This document shows positions 13,201 to 22,560 of a stretch of 64,000 bases of DNA, in pieces. Below the pieces are notes generated by a model, which was not told the origin of the DNA, did no database searches, and worked only from the letters and a program-made list of their open reading frames with translations. The stretch comes from Pavona decussata. Its lineage: Eukaryota. The DNA lies in contig CDRNST010000096.1 of NCBI GenBank assembly GCA_977016875.1, positions 1,736,001 to 1,800,000 on the forward strand, written 5' to 3'. Within the stretch, counting starts at the first letter, position 1. The number at the start of each line of letters is the position of its first letter. The translations under genes and the position numbers were made by a program.

Positions 13201-14715
13201 TACCATGCCAACCTGCTAAAGAAGTATTTTGAACGAGAGGATTCTGTACCCGTTGGAGCAGTAGCTGTCGAAGTGAACGCTGACATTAGTAAGAGCCGAC
13301 ATGCTGAAAGTAAAGCAGAAGAAGTTGATCCTGTGGATGGTGTTGATTTTTTAGAAATTGGTGGATATGTTGCTAAAGAGTCAATCAAAGATGTGGCTAC
13401 TGGAGACAACCTTACTGATGAGCAAAGAGCAGAGTTTACAGACCTTGCAAGTCAGTTTCAAAGCTTGTTTACAGAAGCTCCAGGTACTACAAGTTTGGCT
13501 CAGCATCATATAAAACTTACATCCGATCAACCAGTCAGATCAAGACCTTACCCAGTACCATATAGCCTGAGGGAATCGCTGAAGAAGGATATTACAGACA
13601 TGATGAAGATGGGAGTTATAAGAGAGTCAAGTTCACCATATGCCTCACCTGTCGTGATTGTTAAGAAAAAAGACAACACAAATAGGATATGCGTGGACTA
13701 CCGGAAGTTGAACAAATTCACTGTGTTTGACCCTGAACCTATGCCGACTGCCGAGCATTTGTTCCAGAAGTTGAATGGTGACAAGTATTTCACAAGAATT
13801 GATTTGAGTAAGGGCTACTGGCAAATTTCTATCCCTGAGGAAGACATACCGAAGACCGCTTTTGTGATGCCTGACGGATCATACGAATTCCTGAAGATGC
13901 CGTTTGGTATGATCAACTCCGCAGCGACCTTAAAGAGAGCCATGAAGAAGCTATTGCATGGAATGGATAACCTTGAGTTTTACTGGGATGATATTTTGGT
14001 TCACACCCGTACGTGGGAAGAACACATCAAGATACTACAAGAGTTGTTTACACGATTATTAGAAGCCGGAATGACCATAAGACTGACTAAATGTCTTTTT
14101 GGAGTTAACGCTGTTGACTTTCTCGGTCACCGTTTGGAGGGAGGTTTAATTGGTCTTCATCAAGACAACGTGGCAAAGATTAGAGATGCTCCAAGACCTA
14201 CTACAAAGAAGCAGATAAGATCGTTCATGGGTTTAGCCGGATATTATCGAGATTTTATTCCCAACTTCGCAGCCTTAGCTGCCCCGCTGACAGACCTCAC
14301 ACGCAAAGGTCAACCGAATAAAGTCGAATGGGGCGAGGCACAAGAGAAAGCCTATCAGAGTATCAAGGCCCTCCTCACAAAAGAACCAATCCTGCGGCTG
14401 CCAGATCCAGAGAAAACCTACTTTCTGCGGACTGACGCTTCTGACAGTGGTATTGGTACTGTACTAATGCAGGAACATGATGTCATGCTGTTCCCCATTT
14501 GCTACGGTAGCAAGAAATTATCAAGTGCGGAGCGTAATTACTCAACCATTGAGAAAGAGTGTTTAGCCATTGTGTGGGGATTCAAAAGGTCTCACCTGTA
14601 TTTATACGGAGTTCCCTTTGTACTACAAACTGATCACGAACCACTGAAGTATATCAACAGTGCGAAGTTCGCTAATGGACGGCTCATGCGTTTGGCTATG
14701 TTTCTTAAGAGTTGA
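10273..14715 (+). CDS. Gag-Pol polyprotein: E/R-rich coiled coil, SCAN-like capsid, 2 CCHC knuckles, aspartic protease, integrase, RT, RNase H
   Basis: Knuckles CFRCNARGHRAANC and CFLCGRQGHEARNC. Protease LRDTGCS. Integrase HHCC (AHGSLMGGHMG..CKSCDVC), IDLVGP, SDLGTQF, NGLTEKFN. RT RICVDYRKLN, DLSKGYWQ, MPFG, YWDD. RNase H TDASDSGIG, EKECLAIVW, TDHEPL. The last residues (EAIKGSENVGADYLSRVEE*, to ~14773) are out of frame after a small deletion. Confidence 0.95.
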   Translation: MEKLMQLGKEFGLEGEKLLEFVREQQKLEEEKEEKQRREEEERAEKQRHEEEERAERQRREEEEREERRRRQDEEREARRQEREIRKLQHEADLMRQKEVAEAAKREHELELARLAATNGDGRTAERDDRAKVPKLPAFVDGKDDLDAYLQRFERFADTAKWHRTGWASKVSVLLSGRALEVYSRLSEEAARDYGKVKIALMKRYDLTEDGYRCKFRVSKPEVDESPDQFIMRLDRYLLRWLELSDTERTFDGLKDLIVKEQFIDSCPKDLAIHLRERAPETLAQIAKIADQYLEAHGKHLFSPVSRKPVLLPEREEAKNTQSNSTALQCFRCNARGHRAANCPTIEKRCFLCGRQGHEARNCRSGGRRSGGQSKDGNPVQRGQVSASCLVQQTESKPTAEEVKSCIKDEKLLLACGKKIPLLSSACVEPLSGVRSKMPVVKGRVGEKFVDVLRDTGCSGIVVKKDLVSEDQFTGDFNVMLLIDNTARKVPIAKIDVVTPYLKGQVEAQCLPDAVYDLIVGNVPCARAADDPDPSWQDHVQEACAVTTRGQAKKAGQRIPLKVPSSKGSPVVDREKLKQMQNDDESLQKYWERNDVVVRGQAEISFEVKGGVLYRVYKHPYVNSGKPLKQVMVPVQLRSRIMELAHGSLMGGHMGIKKTADKIQSAFYWPGIQGDVTRYCKSCDVCQKTVNKGSVPTVPLEKMPLIDKPFKRVAIDLVGPIGSPSEDGHRYILTLVDFATRYPEAVPLKNIDTETVAEALVDIFSRLGVPEEILSDLGTQFVSECMKEVTWLLSIKQLTMTPYRPMCNGLTEKFNGTMKSMLKRLCSEQPRQWNRFINGLLFAYREVPQESTGFSPFELLYGGAVRGPMFILKELWTKELEEPEVKNSYQYVFELREKLEDTLKLAHTELQKAQHKGKHYYDRKAKVRRFAQGDKVLILLPTDHNKLLMQWKGPSEVSAVVGLNDYKVCVKGKERVYHANLLKKYFEREDSVPVGAVAVEVNADISKSRHAESKAEEVDPVDGVDFLEIGGYVAKESIKDVATGDNLTDEQRAEFTDLASQFQSLFTEAPGTTSLAQHHIKLTSDQPVRSRPYPVPYSLRESLKKDITDMMKMGVIRESSSPYASPVVIVKKKDNTNRICVDYRKLNKFTVFDPEPMPTAEHLFQKLNGDKYFTRIDLSKGYWQISIPEEDIPKTAFVMPDGSYEFLKMPFGMINSAATLKRAMKKLLHGMDNLEFYWDDILVHTRTWEEHIKILQELFTRLLEAGMTIRLTKCLFGVNAVDFLGHRLEGGLIGLHQDNVAKIRDAPRPTTKKQIRSFMGLAGYYRDFIPNFAALAAPLTDLTRKGQPNKVEWGEAQEKAYQSIKALLTKEPILRLPDPEKTYFLRTDASDSGIGTVLMQEHDVMLFPICYGSKKLSSAERNYSTIEKECLAIVWGFKRSHLYLYGVPFVLQTDHEPLKYINSAKFANGRLMRLAMFLKS

Positions 14716-14857
14716 GGCTATTAAGGGATCCGAGAATGTAGGAGCAGATTATCTGAGCAGAGTAGAGGAATAACTTTAGAGACATTGGACTACCCCCTCT
14801 CTTTGCACTGCTTAATAAATTTTTCGTTGTTAGTAGAAAGTTAAGAAATTTCTTCTC

Positions 14858-14866
14858 AAGAGGGGG
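14858..14866 (+). promoter_or_regulatory. Polypurine tract
   Basis: AAGAGGGGG, 3 nt upstream of the 3' LTR. Confidence 0.75.
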
Positions 14867-14869
14867 TTA

Positions 14870-15395
14870 TGTTACGAAAAATTGTTGCGTGACCGTATGC
14901 TAATTTAGTCTAGAATATTCTTGCATATTTAATTAGTTTTGCATCATAGTGACTCAGCAGTTTCTGAAGCCGTTTACGTATGATCCTGTAAATAGATTTA
15001 TATTGTAATGTTACTTTATTTAGTTGCGCCGGAAAGTTCTAGAATCTTACGCTCATTAGTATATAAGCAAATCGGTTTAGCTTTTAGAGAGGTTGTTGTT
15101 TATGCGAAGAGAGTACGTGTTTATTGTAGTGTGACAAAGGTCACGTGTAAAGTTTGGCAGAGGCTGTGTTTATTGAAGTGTGACAGAGGTCGTGTGTATA
15201 TTTGGCAGAGGCCGTGTTTAATCAAGTGTGACAGAGGTCGAACTGTAATTTACAAGCCTAGCGTGTGCTTGTTGTGAAGTTTCGTGTGGAATTTACTACG
15301 CTCATTTGGAATAAATAACCTTGTTGTTGTTCCGACAACCCTGCGTTCAGTTTAGCCTACAAACTATTCGCCACTCACAAAACGAACTCGTAACA
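14870..15395 (+). repeat. 3' LTR (526 bp)
   Basis: Direct repeat of 9599-10124. Confidence 0.95.
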
Positions 15396-15402
15396 CAGTT
15401 TC

Positions 15403-15513
15403 ATGATCCAGTGTAATGTTCGTAAAACTTGGTACCATGGCTCTTGTGTGGGGATTCCTGTAGAAGATGCAGATGCGATGCCTGAGTACTACTGTGATAT
15501 GTGCCCTACTTGA
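15403..15513 (+). pseudogene. PHD-finger C-terminal half of a degenerate gene disrupted by the Gypsy insertion
   Basis: Translates as MIQCNVRKTWYHGSCVGIPVEDADAMPEYYCDMCPT*, matching the PHD pattern MIQCxxCxxWYHxxCVG...YxCxxC with one Cys changed to Arg. It starts 2 nt after the TSD. Confidence 0.7.
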
Positions 15514-15959
15514 CCAGTATTTTTGATACGTTTATCATTAATGCTATAGACCCTATGCAAAAATGGCTGACATTAATTTTCAATATTCTATGTTTGCATT
15601 CAAATTGGCCTAACTAAGCTCATTCTTGAGTAAAAAAAACTGAGAGAATATTTTACGTTGATCAAGACTAGTGAGCCTAATTTGAATGCAGACAAAAGAA
15701 TGTGAACATTATTGCATTATTGCATAAAGTCAAGAGAAAATGAGGGGACAGAGAGGGACACTGAGGGTGTTGGCCAGAATATGTTGATTCCACTAAAGTT
15801 ATTTTTAGTTTTAGACAGAAGAGGAAGTCTGTTTTCCTAGACGTCCGCACAGAGTACAACCTCGATCTGAGGTTGTCAGTGAAAAGAAAATTTCAATGAT
15901 AATGGCGGATTGCGTGGAAGGCTATTGAATATTCAATATGCCCCTTCCACGCGCAATAT

Positions 15960-18060
15960 ACAGACGTTTAGACTTCGGCATCAATATAGGTGATTGTATT
16001 GAAGGTTCTCCAAGTCAAATAACCTGTGAAAAGCATGATAATAGGGACCTTTAGCATTTGATTTTTCAAGGTGACGGCGACGTTTGTGACCGATTAAGAC
16101 TGGGGTGGAGTCTGCGTTTTACCCGCCGAAATAGAAAACCTTTAGCTTTTTGCGAGGGCAACATCTTGATCACTTAAGGGCAAAACCCAAAGGCCTGAAA
16201 GATGAACTCATTACAAAGCATACGGGAATTGCTTTTATTTTACTTGGTTATGCAAACAACGTCGTTTTATATACTGAGTTTGTCCTTCTTTATGACCCTT
16301 ATCAATCCAAAAACCACCAGCAATACGACCCGTTCAATCTCGATGACATCGATTCAGCCGAATGTAAACAGCGATGCCACTAGCTGCCTCCTCCTCTCTA
16401 TTCTTGGACTTGAATTTTCGTTCTCTAACTCCTCTCTTATCTTTGATTCGAAACTGTGGCAAATATCCGATTTAACTTTTCAGCTATCAAATCCCACGCA
16501 TTCCCCGGCTGACGCTTCCTTTCTTGAGGGAAAATACATCGCTGACCGGCAATCATTTCTCTGAGCATCAACACATCATGTTGGTCGGTCCACTCTATCC
16601 GCGCTCTATATAAATGAAGAATAAAACAGGAATGATGAAACAAAATTTATTGAGTTCCTTCAGTGCTGAGCTTTCGTTCTGCTAGGCCGTGAGTTCAGTA
16701 AAATTTCAGCAAGCTGCTTGACACCACACCGCGCTTTCTACTCAACATCATTTTCACTTTGTAGTTATCGTAACGAGGTCAAAATTGTGGCAAGTCGTAA
16801 TACTCTCATGGTTACTCAAAGCCACACCAACTATTCACCTAGAAAGTCATATATCTTCTTAAAAATAGGATTTATCGAGTTATTTTACCAGATTTTGCGT
16901 AAACTTACTCGTGAATGAACTTACTTTAATACAAGCTGTTTCCCTTCGTTCGCATTCACAGCCATGCTGTAGACCTGAAAGTAACATGAACAGTTTTTAT
17001 TTTTAACCGATTACTTAGCCTAAAAGCAAACTTAAATTTTAATTCCATGTTACCTAGTTTGTGTTGAAGCTTTGGGAAACGAAATAAGGGTGAAATGGAA
17101 GATAATTACCGTATAAAAGAAAAAATGTACTCACGTTTTATAGACAACATGAACCTTGCTGTTCTCACGTCCAAACGGAGAGAGGACGGCAGCCAGTCAA
17201 ACTGTGAAACGTCTACCGGAAATAAAACTGACTTCCGGTCGCCGTAGCCGTCGCAAAGTCCGAGTTGCTAAAGGTCCCTGATGTTCTGGAGGGGTGTTCT
17301 TCAGGGAGAAAGCGTAAGTTCGAAGATGTGCCATACGGCGAACACGTGGCATCAGAAGCTGACATCTCAGTTTCTCCTGTTGAAAAGGCAGTAAGAAGAA
17401 GTCCCAGACTTGTGATTAAAGCTTTCAAATCCGTTTTATCCAAGAGATGCAAGCAGGCCGAAGATTGGTCGCATGAAAATACCCTCGCAGAGCTTAATAA
17501 ATCCAGTGAAGTGCAGATCTTAAAAGAACTCGAAACCAGCATCGCACCTCGATGATAAGAGTTACAGGAAAGACCTTGGAAGTTTCCAGCCAGTCTGATT
17601 ACTGTTCAGTCCTTCTGGACATTACAAGTTTCAAGTTTTTATTTACAGAACACTCGAGGAAGGAAAAATTGATTTGAGAGACAAGGTGGCTGTCGAAAAA
17701 ATACGAGTAAATTCTGAGTTTGTAATGTGTCCTGGTGTAGTGGATTACGATACCATAATATCAGACATACCCATTCGACCTTCCAATGTCAAAGAAGAAA
17801 TTTGGCCGTGGTGGCATGTGAGCGCAATCAAATGTAAGTTGTGGCACAAAACTCACAAGCAGCAGTTGAGCGAGGGAATGCCAGAGAGTGTGGCTGATGT
17901 GTGTGGCGAATGGAAGTTGGTTTGAAGAAAAATGCTCGTTTTGCGGGGCAAGAGGAAAAGCCTTTATGAAAATGATCGACTGCAAAGGCAACAGGCCTCA
18001 TAAGGTAAGACTGTCCATTTTGAGCCCAGAAAGTCAGGGAGCGCGGTTTCACCAACATCT
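15960..18060 (+). pseudogene. Degenerate Cys-rich ORF, possibly the N-terminal part of a DNA-transposon protein, split by the 16043-17279 element
   Basis: The frame runs through the empty site (IEGSPSQITCEKHDN|VLEGCSSGRKRKFED). Later segments read CPGVVDY, HVSAIKCKLWH, VCGE and RLSILSPESQGAR. Family not securely identified. Confidence 0.35.
16043..17279. mobile_element. Internally deleted PIF/Harbinger (Pangu-like) element
   Basis: TIRs AGGGACCTTTAGCA and TGCTAAAGGTCCCT, flanks AAT/GAT. It keeps the transposase 5' end on + (SIRELLL..., YDPFNLDDIDSAECK) joined at ~16370 to the Myb-like gene 5' part on - (IEWTDQHDVLMLREM...GNAWDLIAEKLN...EEEAASGIA). Confidence 0.8.
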
Positions 18061-18299
18061 TTAAACAAAGTGTTTGTTCTTTCTTGTAATTGCTGAAGCT
18101 TGCTATAGATGGCGTCATGTCACCCTCGGCTATCAGCATCCAGTTTATCGATGAGCGACTTAATTTGCTCTGAACTATCTTCAGTGGTTTCTTGAATAGC
18201 TTCAAGGCCTTTTTTGGACTGTAAATATTTGGCCGCCATGCCATGAAAAGAGATTTCAAGCGGAGCTTGCTCGGCATGTCCTACTCTGTCGACATGCCA

Positions 18300-18620
18300 C
18301 GTGTTTCATGAAATGCACCAAGAGTTTCAGGTGTAAAACAAAAGGCTTCCCTCATCACACTGGGGTGCTTGGAAATTGAGTACAGGACTCCCAATGTAGA
18401 TAGACCCTCTTTAAACCTATCATATGCTGGTTGTGCTCTTCCTAACACGTACCAGTTGACAGTCTTCTGAATGATGTTCAAAATGTCACTTGGGGACCTG
18501 ATTAACTGAACTCAACCATCCACGTCAAAGATTGTATAAGCTTTCCACACTTGTAGTCTGCACAGCCTCTTGAACAGTGGAAGCTTTGTTCAGCATATGC
18601 CCTGTCAGATGTTGCTGCAT
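18300..18620 (-). pseudogene. HECT-domain fragment (degenerate)
   Basis: NWYVLGRAQPAYDRFKEGLSTLGVLYSISKHPSVMREAF aligns by eye with LVGKRLQLLQNFREGLDYFGLVGMMKKNASLWKPLF of the HECT gene at 46139-46400. Confidence 0.55.
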
Positions 18621-18921
18621 CCACCCAATTACTTTGGTGAATAACCAGCAGGATAATAACTCAATCCAAAGACGAAAGAACTCAGTAACAAAGCATCTGA
18701 CCAAACCCACATACAAACTATAAATCATAACAATAAAACAAACTACTTCTTGATAGAGAAGCTGTTGCAAGTATAAGGCTACAAGCTTAAAAAGAAAGAT
18801 CAACTGAAATAAAAGATGTAGAAGACGTTCTTTTCTGTCGTCATAATTAATCAACGGGAACAAAGAGGCTTTGAATGTGCAGCTTTTATGCCTGTGTGTT
18901 TGCCCATCCATAAGGTCATTG

Positions 18922-19275
18922 TTACAATACAATCCAAAATGACAGGGTGTGTCTTTTGACATTGACTTTGAAAGTCATTGTCAAAAGTCTTTCTTGCAAC
19001 CTTTCTTGGGCTTGGAGAACTTTGGCAATAAGGTCATGTTTCTTTTCACTCGCTTTATAAGTGACATTAAGGTCGTCAAGGACTTCTTTTAGAAGATGTA
19101 TAGACATATCTTCTGGTTCTCCCATTTTCTTTTTCTCTTCTTCTTTTCGTCTCTCTTCTTCAAGTAAACGTTCTATTTCAGCTATTTTGAGCTCAGGTAA
19201 AATATCCTCTAGATGTTCAGCATTTACAGAAACTGGCCAAAGTCGAACTTCGGGTACTTTGTGAAAGGTTAGCAA
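18922..19275 (-). pseudogene. Fragment with a charged helix and SAP/HeH-like motif
   Basis: MSIHLLKEVLDDLNVTYKASEKKHDLIAKV resembles a helix-extension-helix (SAP/LEM-like) motif. It is on the same strand as, and upstream of, the HECT fragment. Confidence 0.35.
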
Positions 19276-19659
19276 GTACGAGCTACGTTCAGTCCATAAA
19301 ATCTCATTTGTTTTAGACGATGATTACTTCCCTACTTCTCTCTTGGTTGCTGAAAGCACCAAGAGGGAAACAAAAGATTTCAGTGATTTTTTTTTGTATT
19401 TTTCCACTCCAATACTGGAACTTCGGACTTAGCTGAGGTCTTACACAGTATTCGTAAGACTAGGCCGCACTTTAGACCAATGCGTGTCGCAAAACTAGGC
19501 CGCACTTTAGACCAATGCTTGGAACCCAGAACGCCTCAATATCTATATATCAAAGAGAGAGCCCAGAATTGGTCTTATTTGGCGAGACAATTTTTTCCAC
19601 TCGTTGATAGAAGTTGGTTCTCGAAACTGTCATCCAGCGAGACATTCTAGGCGTTGAAG

Positions 19660-20575
19660 GTTTCTTTATTTATTTATTCACCACGACATACAAACATAGA
19701 AAGTTACAATGAATAATAGACTAGGATTACAAGTACATAAGTTTAGAGTAAATAATAATAGTAAAAGAAGTAAGAAGTGGCGAGGAGACCTCAAGAAACC
19801 CCCGGGCTTATACTGAGAGGTCTCCTCGGAGATATGTTGGGACTTTAAGACCAGTAAAGACATTGTATTGAGATTTTTTAACATACGGTGGTGGTAAGAC
19901 TATAAAGACATAACAGAGTCGGACGTTTCATGCAATTAACTGAGGAAATCAAGAAGCTTTCTTTTGAAGGTGGATAGACTAGGGGAAGACGTAATTGATA
20001 ATGGCAAAGCATTCCATATTTTTGGCCCTCTATAGAGTATAGTAAATTGCTTGATATTAGTTCGGCAGGTGTGAGGTCGAAAATGAGCTGAGGTTCTAGT
20101 ATCATAATTATGAATTTGACCACCAGTTGGAAATAAATTTAGAAAGAGCGAAGGCAGCAAACGTTGGTGATAGGAAAACATAAATTTTGCAATATAAAAG
20201 GAATTCACTTTAAAAATATCTAGGATATTCAATTGCGCAAATAAAGGTGCAGAAGGTGCAAGGTGATTAGAATTTGTCATAGCTCGCACAGCTCGTTTTT
20301 GAAGAAGAAAAATGCGATTTAAGTTTGTTACATAAGTAGAAGACCAAACTGTAGTACAATAAGTTAAATAGGGATAAATTAAGGTATAATACAAATATTT
20401 TTTAGTGTTTGATGACAAAAGGAAACGAAATCTGTACATTATACCAACGGACTTAGAGATTTTCTTGCAAATATAACTGATATGCGATTTCAATATAAAT
20501 ACCTAAGAACTTAACTTCTGTTACTTGCTTGAGGGGTATACTGTCAAGTGAAATTTTTGTCCGAATAAAGTTAAG
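19660..20575 (-). mobile_element. 5'-truncated LINE of the CR1/L2 (Crack-like) group, copy 1
   Basis: ORF 19936..20493 is the post-RT C-terminus (KISKSVGIMYR..LYYTLIYPYLTYCTTVW..LQKRAVR..HNYDTR..GPKIWN). The 3' UTR has a hairpin (GAGGAGACCTC...GAGGTCTCCTC, ~19782-19828) and an (AATA)n tail near 19665. Confidence 0.85.
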
Positions 20576-20806
20576 AATTGATATACCTTACCTTGCTGAA
20601 GGGTTGATATACCGTACCTTAATATACCTTACCTTGATATACCTTACCTTGCTGAAGGGACAAAAATTCAGCAATGTGATAATATTCCCCATTGTACTCT
20701 ACGTAACTTGGACACACCGTTTGATCATTAAACAGCGAGGAACCTTCTTTGTATTGCGTTCTTCTTAACCGCTTTGAGGGTGGCTGTACGTCAGAGAGCT
20801 CTTTAT

Positions 20807-22560
20807 CTAGAATGTTATGAATTTAACTCCTAGACAAGATTCGTAAAACCAATTGTAACACCCTGGATAATCACAACCCAACCAGTGAGTATTTGCTGGT
20901 GACCTGAAGTTTTCATCCATGTATTTGCACGTTCCCAATTGAAATAAATGGCACTGACTCGGGTTGTCTTCATCATCCTCATCGTTTAGCAGTTCTGCTT
21001 GCAACGTTTTGGATGTTTGGGTGGATGCAGCAACATCTGACAGGGCATACGCTGAACTTTGGTCGATTTCTTCGGCAACAGAGCACAAAATGTCACTTTC
21101 TGTCTCTATCAGTTCCTCTACCGGTATGTCCTGTTCTGTAGTCATGGACCAGGGCACTAGAGTTTCTTTCTGAGAAACGTCTTCATATGTTAGTTCCTCA
21201 AACTTCAAAATTCTGCCACAAATGTCAAGTATGTCTAGCATGCATAAATTTGATTTGCCTCGATAAAAACCTCTCAGATATGCAAACAATCTTTCGCAGC
21301 GGTCTGAACCAAAAAGTTTTGGATGGAAATGTTCATCGGGGAAATGCTCAGCGAATAGTTTTATTGAAATGACAAGTGTATGGCCTGCGAGTATCATATC
21401 ATTATAAGTTTGCAAGGATATAAACCATGATTCTATCATATAGCTTGACATATTGGTCCATGCTTTACTGCCGTCCACGCTAACTTTGCTCTTTCTTTGA
21501 CGGACAGGTCTTCTTCTGTATAACCTCTCATGATACTGTATCCAATTTTGAGATAACTACCAATTGCTTCGGTGCGTGGATCATCCCATTCTTGTAAGCA
21601 CTGTCGTACCTGTGGCTGTAAAATACGGAGTGCTGCATCCACATTCTGCCTGTACCTTACAAACACATCACTCCTCCATAAAGCACAGGTTAATTTTTTT
21701 CCTTCATACAGTCTCATTAGGTCCTCTATCATTACAAATCCGTTTCTGAGCACAAGGACCCGTCGAAGGTTCAGAATTTGATTTCTCCATTTCTTAATCA
21801 AGTGCTTCCAGTCAGGAAACATAAGAGTTGGAACTGTTAATCCGTGGATATCCTCGACAACACTGAAAAAATTGAAGCCTTTGTGGAGAAACAAAATCAC
21901 GTTGTGTAATGGTTCACGCCTTTTAAGGAACCGTTCGAAGTAATACTTTCTGAACTTTGAATCTCCATCAGCTCCTATGCCTCATATTTTTACATTTTGT
22001 TGTGCTCCCCATCTTATCGTGCTGTTGAACTAGTTAACAACTGTTTCAGAGTTCTGGCCCTTAACAGCAGCAGAAACAGCAATTAACATGCTCCTTCAAG
22101 GGGGTCAGGACAAACGCATTGGCTAATCTCGCTTTCTCCATGCTTTCATTGCTTGTAATGTCAATGATGTCTTGCGCTGTTTTAACAACAATATTGTCTT
22201 CAGTGGCTATGCCTATCAGTTTGTTCCCTTTTGCCCTGATGCAAGGCAATATGGCAGTTGCATCAATAGGGATAATAAAGGGCCCGTGATATCCAATTCG
22301 ATCATAGAAGGAAGTTGCTTTGACAAAAGTACTGTCTTCCAATTTGGTCGGAGTATGGAATTTGCTTCTCACTGTTGCGTAGGCAGTCTGAAGGCTTGGC
22401 CCGCCAATTTTTTCTCGAATGATTCTTAATAATGCAGGCCCACCATAATCCAGGACAACCACAAACAACGATTTTATGTCATCATTCCAGCGTTTAGTTT
22501 CTTTTATGGTGTTTGTCAGTAAGTCAGAAAAAATGGATAGTGATGTGGTACTCTTCTCAC
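20807..22560 (-). pseudogene. P-element/THAP9-superfamily transposase with C-terminal PHD-like finger (frameshifted)
   Basis: Motifs in order: LDYGG..GPSLQT, IDATA, GADGDSKFRK (~21950-21980), PDWKHLIKKWRN (DxxH), RQNVDAA, GSDRCERLFAYLRG, then WLGCDYPGCYNWFYESCLG. Confidence 0.75.

Larger units (their letters stand above)
9599..15395 (+). mobile_element. Full-length Ty3/Gypsy LTR retrotransposon, Gmr1-like clade
   Basis: Two 526-bp TG...CA LTRs, 5-bp TSD CAGTT (9594-9598 and 15396-15400), PBS-like and PPT sites, and a single gag-pol ORF. Confidence 0.95.

Noticed and set aside
10273-14715. Ty1/Copia classification from the IN-before-RT order
   Set aside because: RT and RNase H motifs (RICVDYRKLN, DLSKGYWQ, MPFG, TDAS, TDH) are Gypsy-type.
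20578-20660. Short repeats ATATACCTTACCTTG(CTGAAGGG), and the 24-bp pair ACTAGGCCGCACTTTAGACCAATGC at ~19458-19518, as CRISPR-like arrays
   Set aside because: Only 2-4 units with no unique regular spacers, in a eukaryotic context with no cas genes. These are local slippage duplications.
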